DNA from: Raillietiella orientalis
Taxonomy: Eukaryota
Assembly: GCA_036172245.1 (NCBI GenBank)
Contig: JAYWIR010000065.1
Location: forward strand, 186,001-250,000
Direction of reading: 5' to 3'
Length of the DNA: 64,000 nucleotides
Of the stretch, positions 52,701 through 64,000 are shown piece by piece. Each line of letters opens with the position of its first letter. Positions within the stretch are counted from its first letter, which is position 1. The translations under genes and the position numbers were made by a program. The notes below the pieces were generated by a model. It did not search any database and was not told the DNA's origin. It was given only the letters and a program-made list of their open reading frames with translations.

Positions 52701-55110
52701 AAGATGAAATCAGGGAGATGGGTGAACTGTCTTTTCAAGAACTTAGTAGTGGAGGTGTGTTCAGGACAAATCCCCAAAGCGAAGAAGCAGAAAAATAAAC
52801 AGTTTCCTTGCCCTGCATACCTGGAGAGAATCCCAAATAGGTCAATCAAAGACAAGGATCATTTCAACATGGAGGTCACATCCTTACCTCTAGGTGTCAG
52901 TCGATGCTATGGATGCACAGAGATCCTGAAAAATGACGGCAGTCAGTGAACCTGAAGAGGTAGAGAGAGGATATCCTCAGGAAGTGAAGAGACCGATTTT
53001 TCAAACGAAACGGAGATTATGGATGGTTTTTCCTATACTCCAGATCCATCTTCAGCGCAGATGAGCTTTTCTCGAATCCAGTCAGCTTGTAAATGCTGAT
53101 AGTTTCTTCAAAGCCCCCTTACCACTGATGGACTGTGTGGCAGAATATGAGAGCTGTATATTCCAATGAAAGTGAGAGAGCGTTTTTTCCTCTTTCTTCG
53201 GAAGTTTAATGATAGAAATCGAAATGGCATCATTTTGCAGCATTTTAAAGCGAGAGAATTTGGTTGTTGTAGTGAAAAAGGAAGAGGTGCCAAATGCTGT
53301 TTCGTATTTTGTGGATAACATGAACACTGGTACGTTTTTGAATAAAAAAAAAAAAAAAAGAGAGAGACACTAAAACATTGCACATAGCACAAATTATAGC
53401 GTTTTTCTCTCCGTGCTGAAGACGCTCAAAATCGTCTCACAAGAGCCACAAGAAATTCCGAGTTGCTCTTCCATGCACTGGCGGCATCGGGAAGCTAATA
53501 GATACTGTTTGCTGCACCAATCAATTTCCAAACTGTGGATGACCGTTCCGAATTCAGAGATGAGTGGATCAGTTGCCACTTACACCCATGCACGGTATGG
53601 AGTCTGCAAACCGAACATGCCGATTTAGACAACTTAATTCCCTTAACCGCACAGTATAGAGCTGCTTTCAGAGTTTTTTTGTGGAATTTGGGATAAGAGG
53701 CGTGCAGCCTCTTTGTGGCAAGCACTTGTGGGACGCTTTCCTGCAAACTTTCGGTGTGAACAGCACCTTCTCGATCTCCGAAACGCAGAAGACAGTGTTT
53801 CCAGTATCACTTTTGCTGGAAAAGTGAGGACATGCATGGACAAGCTGAAAAAGAAAAAAAAGATTCGATTGCTAGGCAAAAAGGGCATCTCGAAGCAAAC
53901 TTGGAGATCCTTCATGTACAGAAAGGAGTGCTGTTCGCTAATGTCGATAGAGATTCAAAGAACTCCTTGCTTTATCTATGCTGTTAGAGCTGGCTGCCTA
54001 GATCCGCTTCCGGCATCTGTGACCATCGGTCAGCTGAAGTTGACATGCGTGTTTTCATTTATATGGAATAAAAAATCTCGTGTCATCCCTGTGATTACTG
54101 TTACTTAGCAATTTGGCCTTTCTAGAGTTTTTGATATGTAACATTATCCACTGCGTTTCAGACAAAACAAACGAAAACTCCACTAGAAGTACAATGAACT
54201 CCCCTGCAACCGGCGCTTTGCAGCCTTTGATATGAACCCATCAGAAGTGCTGTGAATTTGTATTTTTTCTTCTTCTTGCTTTCCAGCTTGGAAAATGAAT
54301 AGCTGGCGTTCGCGAAGTGTGCCTTTTCAGTTCGCTCGGTGCTTCCGCGGATTTGGTCCCTTGGAAACCGAGAGGACCGAGGCATTTTGAAATCTGTATG
54401 CATGGCGTTTGAAAAATGTTTCCATGCAACTTGCAGGGTTTCCCCTTCCGTCAGACGTTTCATATATCTCCACGGATGCTGCGGCTTCCAGTTATGCGGC
54501 TCATGGCTTTTTTCTTCCTATACGAAATGATTTCAGCAAAGTTACGGGAAGCTAATGCGAGAAACACATAACAAAAAGAAACTCACAGAAAGCATCTGAA
54601 TCACCTACATAACTGGAACCACTTTATTTTAATCAGTGGCACCGAGAAAACTTCCAAAAGACCTCTCCCAAAACGGAAATTTTGCCTTAAAAAAGTAGGG
54701 GAGGAAAGCATCTTTGTTCTGGCAAAACGATTTTTTCCCCAGAGTCTGCTCTTAGTTTTTTTTTTTTTTTTCTCTGAAAAAAAAAAAAAAAATGATCGGT
54801 ACGTCGCAAAAGAAAGTATCGGTTAACAGTAGCCAAGAGATTGGCTCAAAGACTCGGAAACACACAGCAGACAATCGTGTTTAAAAACGAACCTAACCAG
54901 GAACCTCAGAGATGAAGGAGTCTTACAAGAAACTGCAACATGTGGAAATCAGCTGGCCGCATCTCTCCGATGATGTTCTCAACGCGATTTAGCGGCAGGC
55001 GGAGTTCAAAGATGGTTCAAGTGACGAGTATTTCGGCGAAGTGCTAAAACAAATGGAGCTGCAGGAAAGAAAAAAACTTCACCACGTAAAAGGAAGCACT
55101 TCGATCAACG

Positions 55111-55150
55111 TCTTTTCTCCAAGGTCACACTCTTTTCTCCAAGGTCACAC
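55111..55150. repeat. Perfect 20-bp tandem duplication
   Basis: TCTTTTCTCCAAGGTCACAC twice. Confidence 0.95.
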
Positions 55151-55510
55151 CGGTAAGTCGCCGAAGCAGACAAAAAATCAGACACGAAATCCAAATCAAT
55201 GAAAGAATCTCACTAATTAAAATGCCCTCGGAACTCGAGCAGACTTGGGAATGCCTGGAGGATCCTTCTCGAGAAAGAGCGCATGCTTTACTCTCTTGGA
55301 GGGGAGTCACCAACGATGCCTTCAGCATCTCATTTGCCCTTTTGTCCTACATTGAATTTGTTTGCTGATGATGATTACATTTGCGTACATTTACATCCTC
55401 CATTTTTCAGTTAGCTGCATTTTTCGGGAGAAAGCAACGACGGATTCATCCTTCGGTTTAGGTACTTCTTCGGCGAGCCAGCTGGTTCCTGAAATGATCC
55501 TGCAAGACTA

Positions 55511-56920
55511 CAGGTGGTCCTCGACCTACGAGGAGGCTCCATCATTCCAACGTCCCCGTCGTAACTCGGTTCTGACGTCAGTCGGGGACTTTTCTTAATT
55601 CTTGATCTGTTTGATTTCTATTGTAACATTTTCATGAACAGCTTTTCGATTCACTTAAAATGATTAAAAAATGCATGAACTTACACAAACGCTATACATT
55701 ATTTATTAGTATATATGTACATACATAAATCTGCATGAAATTAAGGATGAAAAATTTAAGAAAACAATACATACATAGATATCAAAAATGACGACGAAAA
55801 ACTTATTAACGGTGTTCAATTAAGCGATTTTCTAATTAGGACGATATAATTACTTTTCGTAATCGGGAGTACTTTTTTTAATCAAAAAATCAGCTAGTGT
55901 TGTCTGCTGTTGCTTTCTTCCTTTTTCTTCCTACATTTCGTGATAACATCTAATTGCTTCCCGGATTCGCTCTTCGACTTTGGCGAAGCAATCTTGACCC
56001 CTATTTTCGGGTGGCTGAAGCCCTTGATTCCGTTCAGAGAAGATTTCACAGTAAACTTTTTCAACGATTTCTCTTACTCATCGCCCTCATTCTGTCTTTC
56101 TTCTTCTTCAGTTCTTTCACCTTCATCTTTTATCACCTCCTTCCGATTTTTCTTGAAAATCCCGGAGGCTCCCGAATCAGAATCAGCAGCGTCTCCCGTT
56201 ATTCGTACGTTATGTAAGAGATAAAACCAACCTTTACTAGCAATAAACGTACACTCGCCGTATTTATCTTCTTGTTGTTTCTTCAATTGCCAAACTGTTT
56301 CTTTAATTTGTTCCGTGCTTTTGTCTGAATCGTAAACAAACTGAGAGGAACATTCTTTTTGATTTGGTCAGCTACCCATATCATGGAAAGCTCCTCCATT
56401 TCATGAATTGGCCCTTCTATTTTTTTCGTTAAAATTCTACACTTAATGTTGACTGCCCTCTTAGCTGCCTCCATCATTCCTGGTTTATCTTTTAAAATCG
56501 TTGAAACAGTTGAATGCGACACTTCTAATGCTATTTCACCGACTTGCTCTCCTTCATCGTATACCTGAATGACCTTCATTCCAACCTCTGAACTTATAGC
56601 TTTCCTTGACTCTTTTATTATGCTGGAATTCTCATCATCAGCATCGTTTCTCTTACTCGACACGGTAGGGTTACGATGAAACACAAAAATTGCACCGAGA
56701 GCAAGGAACGCTTCGAATGCTGATTAAGAACTAGCATGCCAAAGGCTGTAATAAGTTAGAGGAATCCCTAGAACCCCAGACTTGCCTCCAGCGACTCCTC
56801 TAGCAAGCTCGGGGATTCAGCATCGGGAGAGGATCGGGGGTTCACCGGGGCTAACATTATGTACATGCCGGAGGCAAAGTTAAGCTAGGGAATGGGCCGT
56901 CGTAAGTCGAGGACTACCTG
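55511..56920 (-). mobile_element. Tigger/pogo (Tc1/mariner superfamily) DNA transposon, internally deleted, non-autonomous
   Basis: 21-bp TIRs CAGGTGGTCCTCGACCTACGA (55511-55531) and TCGTAAGTCGAGGACTACCTG (56900-56920) with 2 mismatches; TA on both flanks; transposase remnant inside. Confidence 0.92.
55880..56684 (-). pseudogene. Tigger-type transposase remnant: CENP-B-like HTH domains joined to the C-terminal tail, DDE core absent
   Basis: RKAISSEVGMKVI...SHSTVSTILKDK, EMEELSMIWV...VPLS...IQTKA, FIASKGWF and ITGDAADSD, followed directly by an acidic stretch and an FTVK tail. Confidence 0.85.
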
Positions 56921-59399
56921 TAGCAGACTGAAATGCATCAGGAATGGAAACCTGTCATCCTTAAATCACAGGCTATAACAACTCGTAGTTCTGGTCCTGT
57001 GCTGCGAGGTGATCTCCCAGATTCGCTTACTCATTATTCTGTGCTTACTGTGGTAAGGGGTATCCCACTTTCCAGTAGGGCTTATTCATTTCGACAAATC
57101 AAAACAAAGAAGGCCAAAGAAATCAACTGTGCTCACACAAGCGATTCGATTTTTTCTCTTTTCGATGCTCATCATCTCAGAAAATCAATCCTGGATACTT
57201 TCCCTAATCTCTAGAAGTGGGACGTCGTCAACGATTTAGTTCTCTATTCTCAGATGCAGAAATTAAACCTATGAAGAGGAAATGATTCTCTAATTATCAG
57301 AGTTCCAAGAGGCAGCACGAACGGGCTCAATAGATGATCAGTAGATCAAAGTTACAGCACCAAAGTACATCCTGTGGCAGCATCGTAAAGTCTGAGTTCG
57401 CATCTCATGAACACAAAGAACCTCTTTCCAGCAATTGTTCTCCAGACGGCTGCCCCAAACTTCAACTCTTTGTACTGAGATGCTAAACATTAACTGAACA
57501 AACACAAACAATATGGCTCTTATTGTAATTAGTAAGGGAAATAGTACCTTCTGTGTTGCAACAATAGCTCAGGATTGATCTGGATGTTTTGAAGGGACGT
57601 GGTCCGTTGATTGTGAGCAGTGTCCCTCATCGGTTCGAAGGGGTTCTGTCTTTTGGGGAGCATCTTTTCCCGCTCACATTTCTCTGAAATTTTGCTCCCA
57701 TCTCCTTTCTTCACCTATGCTGACTCTGCTGCTGCTTTCGGGTTTCATGAGAGAGGCTGAGCGCGGTTCGGCTGCACGCTCAAGTTTCTTCCCATTCGGG
57801 AGGGATCTCCTTCCGACCTCTGGAAATTTGAAATGCCTTCAGCCCCAGCCCTACAGGTTCCCTTCTGGAAAGCTCTGCGACTCTGTCACGGGGCAAAAGA
57901 AAAAAAAAAAAAGATATCTACGCCGCTCATGAATTCCGGACTAGGGAAGTCGATTTCAGTGAGATGAACTCTTGGATCATTGGGCGATATCTGACACAAT
58001 CAAAACGCACTGATGAGCTAACGGAAGGTGACATCGTTCAGGAGGACATCATCTGCTCGTACATCGGTCCACTGTATCGAGAAAGAACGTCCATATGTCA
58101 AATGCCAGCTGGAAGGTTTCATAGAAGATAACTGGCAAGAGAACTTCAATTTCGAGGAAACATTTTCACAATAAGTATGCTAAATTGCTCCAGATAATTG
58201 CGATAACACAGTTGTTTTCTTTTACTTTTTCGTTTTCCAGTCACCATAAGGTTACTTTCTTTTTTTTGGGGGGGCAGGGGGTAACTTCGGGCAGTAGTCG
58301 AAACCATGCACGGTCTGCTTTCCATGCCAACGAATGCCCCCCACTCTGTGCGCGGTCTGACCCAACATGACTTTCTGTATTCGTGTTCGGGAAAGTTCGA
58401 TTTGTGGAGTTACAACGTAGCAGCAATGATGAGCTTCTGTAAACCATCCAATATGCCATGTTATCCTGCCAAGAAACATTTCGGTCTCAATACATGTTCT
58501 CTCCGTCGGATGTCTGAGGGATCCCGATGAGCATCCAGAAGATCAGTAGGCAGACGCACAGCAGCCATCACAGAACTAAGAAAAATATACGTGACAGAAA
58601 CGTTCAACACCATTAGTCGTTTTTGTTTCGTGTGAGTTCCCAACGCCGAATCTCAAACTCTGACAAAGACCACATGGATATTCAGAGAATGCTTATTTTC
58701 TTAGAGGATTTACATTCCTTTTATTTCCGTGGACGTCTCTCCCTCTCTCTCTTTTTTTTACACGTTTCTTCACACATTTGATGTGTTGATCTAGGTATAT
58801 GGCATAATACCTCGTATTATGGAGAAATCTCTTGAGCTGAATGTCCACATGCACTCAAGCACAGTTTCCCCTGCAATTTTTTCTGTAAACACTTTTCAAT
58901 AACTTAGCGAAGAGAGTGATTTTCGAAACAAAAACAGAAAAAAAATATCGGAATTTGTTTTGTCAATCAATACGATTTCCTATCTCCACCATCTGCTGTG
59001 TTCCATAACAAATACCTCCCATAACATCAGAAACGAAGTTGTCAACGCCCGCATTGGAGCTCCATCGACGCGCAATCCTTCTGAATGAGCTCAATTTACT
59101 GCTCTCCCTCTGATGCCTTGCATTTGTCTAGTTTTGCACTGTCTAGCAAATTTGTGTCAGTCTCGAAGAGGAACCCAGGAGGTTTATTTTCTCTGTCCTT
59201 TTTGATCCAGAACACGGGTAATTTCCAGCCTTAAAACTTCCCGCACTTCGGAATTCCGAGAGTATCACCAGCGCATCTGAGAGCGAGAAGAATCTGCCAG
59301 AAACAAAATGGATAAACAGAAAAGGACTGCTCGGGAAGCTGCCTCCAATGAGTAGACGAGGCGACCATTCAATGAATGCCAAGTATCGGAAAGTGCAGT

Positions 59400-59880
59400 C
59401 CATCAGAAGACCAGTCGAGTGCTGAGAAAAATCCAAATGAAGCGTTCCATTGAGTTGCGGAAACCCTCCGTGGTCCGACCTGGAAAAAGCGTTGTTTTTT
59501 CCCCAAACCTGGAAGACCCGGTACGCAGCCTCAGCAACAACCAAGGCACCCTTCTCTGTGATCGTGAGATCTGCTGCGAGGCACGAGAGTCCCGGTCCGA
59601 ACGGAAGAGTAGTCTTTCAGTTTTGTGCCGCCGCAAAAGTTGATTTGCCATTCGTCCTCGCTGCGCTCAGCCACAGCCGAGCCACCTCCTCCTGCGATTC
59701 GAAAATTTCAGTGAGATGAAATCGATCCTGAAGCGGATTTCTCCACTTCACGTGAAGAAATCCGCAGGTCACATTTCAGATCGGTCAGTGAAGTCTTTTC
59801 TGAAACTGGACCCCAGCGAAAATGAACACAAGTTGTTAGATTCATCATCACACGTTCTGTTAATTGTATGACGAAGGAAT
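59400..59880 (+). mobile_element. Possible decayed L1-like APE-RT linker
   Basis: SLSNNQGTLLCDREIC and LHVKKSAG resemble linker and KSPG motifs. Weak. Confidence 0.25.
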
Positions 59881-59929
59881 GTTTTCTGAAGGGTCAAGAC
59901 AGCGTTACTACAGATGGACTTAGGAACTT

Positions 59930-62800
59930 CTAGTGAAGAGTTTCTGAGCGTTCATAGGGGCGGGAGACGTCCAATGCGACCGCTTTCCTTCCTCCCTGCA
60001 GCGTCAGACCAGGCTTAGGCTTCGCACCCACTCCAGGGATGCTGGGATAGGGCTCGTAAAAACACCAAACCGGCGAATTCCGCCCTTCCGAGGCAGAGTG
60101 CATGTGCCCACGAGGAGGCGCGGCGCGCCGTGCAAGGTTACGCCACGGAGAGCGCCATCTTGCTCGGTCCGCCCGGACGCGGGGCGCTTTGTTTCGGCAC
60201 ACAAACACAGCGGGAAATAAGGCAAGCAAACCGAGGTGCCACCGCCTTGAGTCCCCTTCCTTCGTTCCCCTTCGTGCGACGGGCCTTCCCTCCCCCGCAC
60301 GCCTTTCTCCTCTCCTCCGCCTCCACCCACTCCATGCACTCCTCCTTAGGAGAGCCATGAGCTCCGGTCTGCTTCTAGAGACGCTGATCTGGCAACCCTC
60401 TGCGGATAGCCCTTTGCGCACGAAACGTTCAACTGCTCCCTGCTGGGCCCAAACTCAACCGATCACGGTTTCCTAGGCATATGGCTCCCGCCGCATCTTC
60501 CAGACCAGAGTAGGCATCCTCTTATTGTGGTTTCTTCTTTCCTGCTTTCCTCCGCTTGCGGCCGGATCACTTATTCGACCTCCGTCCCTCACTCTTCTGC
60601 TTCTTGCGTCGCGTGCTTCACCGCGGCTGCTTATTTCTTTTCCGCGAGGAGATTGGCTGGTCGCTGGAGTTTCAGCCTTTTGGACTTCGGAGCCCGACTT
60701 TAGCAGCAACCCTCTGCGGCGGAGCTCGCGAAAGCCTCGTTTCCCTGAGCTGCCCGGTGGCCAAGCGCAGCAGAAAGAGCCACTTTCCGTTGGCTCCCGA
60801 AGATGAGAGCCGGCGAGGCGACGAGGGCGATGCCTCCCAGGGGAGTGGGTGTCCTCACCCGACTCGCTCTGCACGTCACGTGTTCTTGACTCCCCAGCTT
60901 CCTCCAGGCCCTCTTCCCTCCAAGTGCACCCGCCTTTGCTCTCCGAGCTGCAAGTACATAGAATGGATTTTCAGCGTCGGGAATATTCAGGAAGAACGAG
61001 GGAAGGACATTTCCATCATTTGCAGGTATTTCCCCCACCTGCAAGGGTTTGCCCTTGAGTTCCAAGCCTCCCGGCCGGAGAATCAGGTGACACAGGTGGG
61101 ACCTGCCATACGGGTTCTCTCCGCCCTTATTTCACTGTCGTGGTCCCTGCAGTCGCCGCATTCCAACAAAGCAGGAAATCATTAGGGAAACCACCCTAAT
61201 GACTGCGCTGCTAGGCCGAGCAGGAAAATGGATCAACATCGACCCAACCTGGAGGAGAAAGCAACGGCTGGTGCGCAAGCACAAGATCAAGATTGTGCCT
61301 AGAAGCAGGTAACTCTGGCAGGAGGAATCCATCCTGGTGATCCCGTGGATGCTTCCGGTCCCTCCGGTCACGAGAAGCTGGATTTACCAGCGGCCCAGAG
61401 TTACCCGGCAAAGAATCCAGGAATGGCGACGAGGAGGATACCTCGTATACTTCGGTATATAGAGATGATGTTAGGTAGGTTCACCCATAAGACCCGCGAA
61501 GTGTGGATAAACCACAACGACTTCGCGTGGTCTAAGGTAAGCAAGATGAACCTCCGGAAGATTATCAAGGACCAGGACCAAGACACTAGTGCCCTCCAAG
61601 AAGCCGCGGATCGCTACGGGAGTGACAGGATCAACCTGTTAGCGATCGGCACGACGCTCTGGAGGAGTGACCTTCCGCCGGACACCCAGGACAACCTCCT
61701 GATGTTTTATCATGGAGGAATCCAGAGCGGTTCCAGAATCAAGCATTTCACACGAAGACGGGAAGATGAAGACTGCACGGCATGTGGAGACATCGATACG
61801 AGACTTCACGTCTTGACGTGTCCCACATTGCTACACGACTGGCTGATCCTGAAAAGGATCATAGGACTCAACAACAAATCCGTAATGGAGATCCTCTCTG
61901 GGAAGTTCCAGGGAGATGGTAATGTTCCCTGTTACAATCTCATGGTGAGGACGACCATTGCTCTCTTCATCACCGCCATACGTGTGAGGTGGTGGAAGAT
62001 GAGGAAAGCCAGAAGAGTCTCACCCCCTATGGAGATCCTGCAAGGACTCATCAAGAAGGAAATCGGCATCAGGAACTGTGGACGACTCCATGCCTGGACG
62101 TACCGATTCATCCTGAAGAGGATTGAAGACGACGACCGGGACCAAACATCTGGAAACCCATCCTGAAAGCAGAACTTGTGATACCCCCAAGGACTTCAAA
62201 GTGATAAAGTGTTGGTATGTTGTACGAATGTGATTGTAGAATGAATGAGATTCAAAAGAAAATAAATTTACTCCACCCCTTGTGGGGCTTGGGAAAAGCG
62301 AAACCACCTGGTCAGGGTGCTCAGATGTGAGGTCGTCTGAGAGATTCGACCCCGCTTCCTCGAGTTCCTCGAGGTCTTTCCTGACCGCCTCGAACGTCAG
62401 GGTAGGCGGTTCTCCTCCTACGGTGGGTTTCGAACCCGCAGCTCCTGACTCGGAGATTGACACTCTAGAATGGCATGTCCTCTTCTCGCAGTTCCAACCG
62501 CCAGCTGATTTCCCCCCCGTCTGCTTCACGTGGGGTTCGGTTGATGGTGCGTCGTGATACTGCCAGGGGCTCCAGAACGCAGCTCGCGGCTCTCCGGATG
62601 AGAGAAGTGCAAGATGCGTCCACCACGCAAAGTGCGGAGTGCGGCGCCAGCAGGCAGACAGGCGACGCACCTCGGAGGTGGGTCGCCTGCGCAGTCCGCT
62701 CACGTGGTGCTGCGCGTGTCGAACGGGAGATGCTCCCTGGATTGCCGATAGAGGGTGGCAGCAAACGGAAGAACAGTCGTCAGTCACCCGTCTTTTGGCG
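59930..62800 (-). mobile_element. Decayed GC-rich LINE (ORF1 and APE start) interrupted by the 61.2-62.3 kb insertion
   Basis: The reading frame rejoins across the TSD (EHPDQVV|SLMISCF). GLELKGKPLQV is ORF1-like; QLNV, GGGTSV and FGVFTSP are APE-like. Confidence 0.4.
61196..62297 (+). mobile_element. 5'-truncated copy (ORF2 C-terminus and 3' UTR) of the same L1/Tx1 family
   Basis: Clear nucleotide and protein similarity to 41953-43102 (SDLPPDTQDNLLMFYHGGI; CTACGDIDTRLHVLTC). TSD AGGGAAACCACC (61184-61195) vs AGCGAAACCACC (62297-62308). AATAAA at 62261. Confidence 0.9.
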
Positions 62801-63559
62801 GGTGGCGTGGCAGAGGAGGGGCTCTTCAGTGGTGCGCCTTCCCATAATTCAGTTCTGGGGCTGCTTTTCTTTTTTCTTTTCTTTCCGACGAGCTGCAGAT
62901 CGCACAGACACCGTCGTATTTCTCATAGGTGACATGAGGCACCGAGACCAGAGCTTTCCGAAAATCACGTCGAGATTTGCAATGTTTCCTTGTCAACGAA
63001 CGAAAGAGTAAAGAGGATGTGAATGAACTTAGAAATCGCGGGCAAAATTTCTCCTTGTGCACCCGATCCGTGGTCGGCGCTTTTCAAGGTGACGTTGCTG
63101 TTGTGCACGGTGGGAGTTGCGGTGGACTCAGGACGGCTCTGATTGAGGTCATTCACGCAGCTGCGCTGACCATCATCTCTCTGGCTTTTGGCTTTGTAGC
63201 TCAGGTGGCATATCCCCAGTGGGATCCTCCTGGAGGCAGCAGGTCTCACTCGGAGGGGCTGCGAGGTTCCCCGTCGAAGAGCAGCCACAGAGCAGCTCCT
63301 CCTGGACGCAGAGGCTGAATACTCGCAGCCTTCCGCAGCGCCATTCATTCTAGTGACCTGGGTGAGGATCACTGGGAACGCTTGCAAAGGCAATTCGTCT
63401 GCTGGTTCATAGTCGGAGACATTGAGAAAATAAACAGCGACTAGGAAGAGCGGTAGCTTCCTGACACCTCGGGTAGGGCTGGAGTGTTCTGGAGTCAAGG
63501 AAAAAAAAAAAAATTGCTTTCCTCGTGGTTTAGTAAGGAAGGAGGTGAATAAGACGCTG

Positions 63560-64000
63560 CTTCTGAAAGACCAAACGCGTCCACGGCTACGCTTGGTTTC
63601 CAGGATCCGTGGATGCCACGCGTGTGAACACGCATCCAGGAGAGTTCTGAAGCCTTGACTGGCCGCGCGGCCTTGTTAGGTGAACTCTCTCGGAAACCGT
63701 AGCCTGCATAGCACCACGCGGCCTTCTAAGGGTCAACGCTTGTCCTGCACAGCATCTTTTCTTATCGAAGATGAATCCTGGATTCAGATAGTCCGACTGA
63801 ACGCAGCAGGATCGAAGGGAACACGGCAAGCGGGAGATGGTTGACTAGATTGTGCTGCTCTGGTTCGGTGCCGGCTTTTCGGTACGAAACACCAGCGCGC
63901 AGCCGTTCCTCGGCTACTCATGCGAGTGCTGGCCGTCGACTGCCTAAGGCATGCATTAGTGTTCCACGTCACGTCCGGAACGGCTCGCTGGTGCACAGAC
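63560..64000 (-). mobile_element. Decayed L1-like APE N-terminus running off the window end
   Basis: VTWNTNAC and, in the same frame, PLEGRVVLCRLRF (compare SWNVNG and PVPGRIVTVRL in the 39 kb element). Confidence 0.35.

Noticed and set aside
52060..54500. ORFs of 100-137 aa, including SRCYGC
   Set aside because: No recognisable family, no splice structure, non-ATG starts in several; unassignable without a search.
62417..62450. tRNA T-arm / B-box-like GGGTTCGAAACCC on the minus strand
   Set aside because: No D-arm, A-box or acceptor stem.

Overview
Eukaryotic, probably invertebrate, repeat-dense genomic DNA with no recognisable intact host gene; most short ORFs in the track are fragments or antisense shadows of decayed transposons. 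Best supported: (1) a ~5 kb 5'-truncated L1/Tx1-type LINE (38146-43102; ORF1 with zinc knuckles, APE, RT) with a perfect 13-bp TSD, apparently inserted into an older copy of its own family, plus two 3' fragments of that family (6.2-7.1 kb minus; 61.2-62.3 kb plus, with TSD); all three end in AATAA - hairpin - short A tract; (2) a ~1 kb inverted repeat (2698-3726 / 7382-8410) with an apparently identical core and diverged edges; (3) an internally deleted Tigger/pogo element with TIRs and TA TSDs (55511-56920); (4) an old nad5 NUMT; (5) an open R2/NeSL/Utopia-type RLE endonuclease fragment; (6) a 774-bp GC-rich insert between 54-bp direct repeats. Also present are heavily decayed Penelope-like, I/Jockey-like, RTE-like, hAT and piggyBac remnants, and several 30-45 bp fold-back palindromes. 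Family calls for decayed elements rest on motif resemblance read by eye, not on database searches. I found no clear-cut novel multi-gene system.
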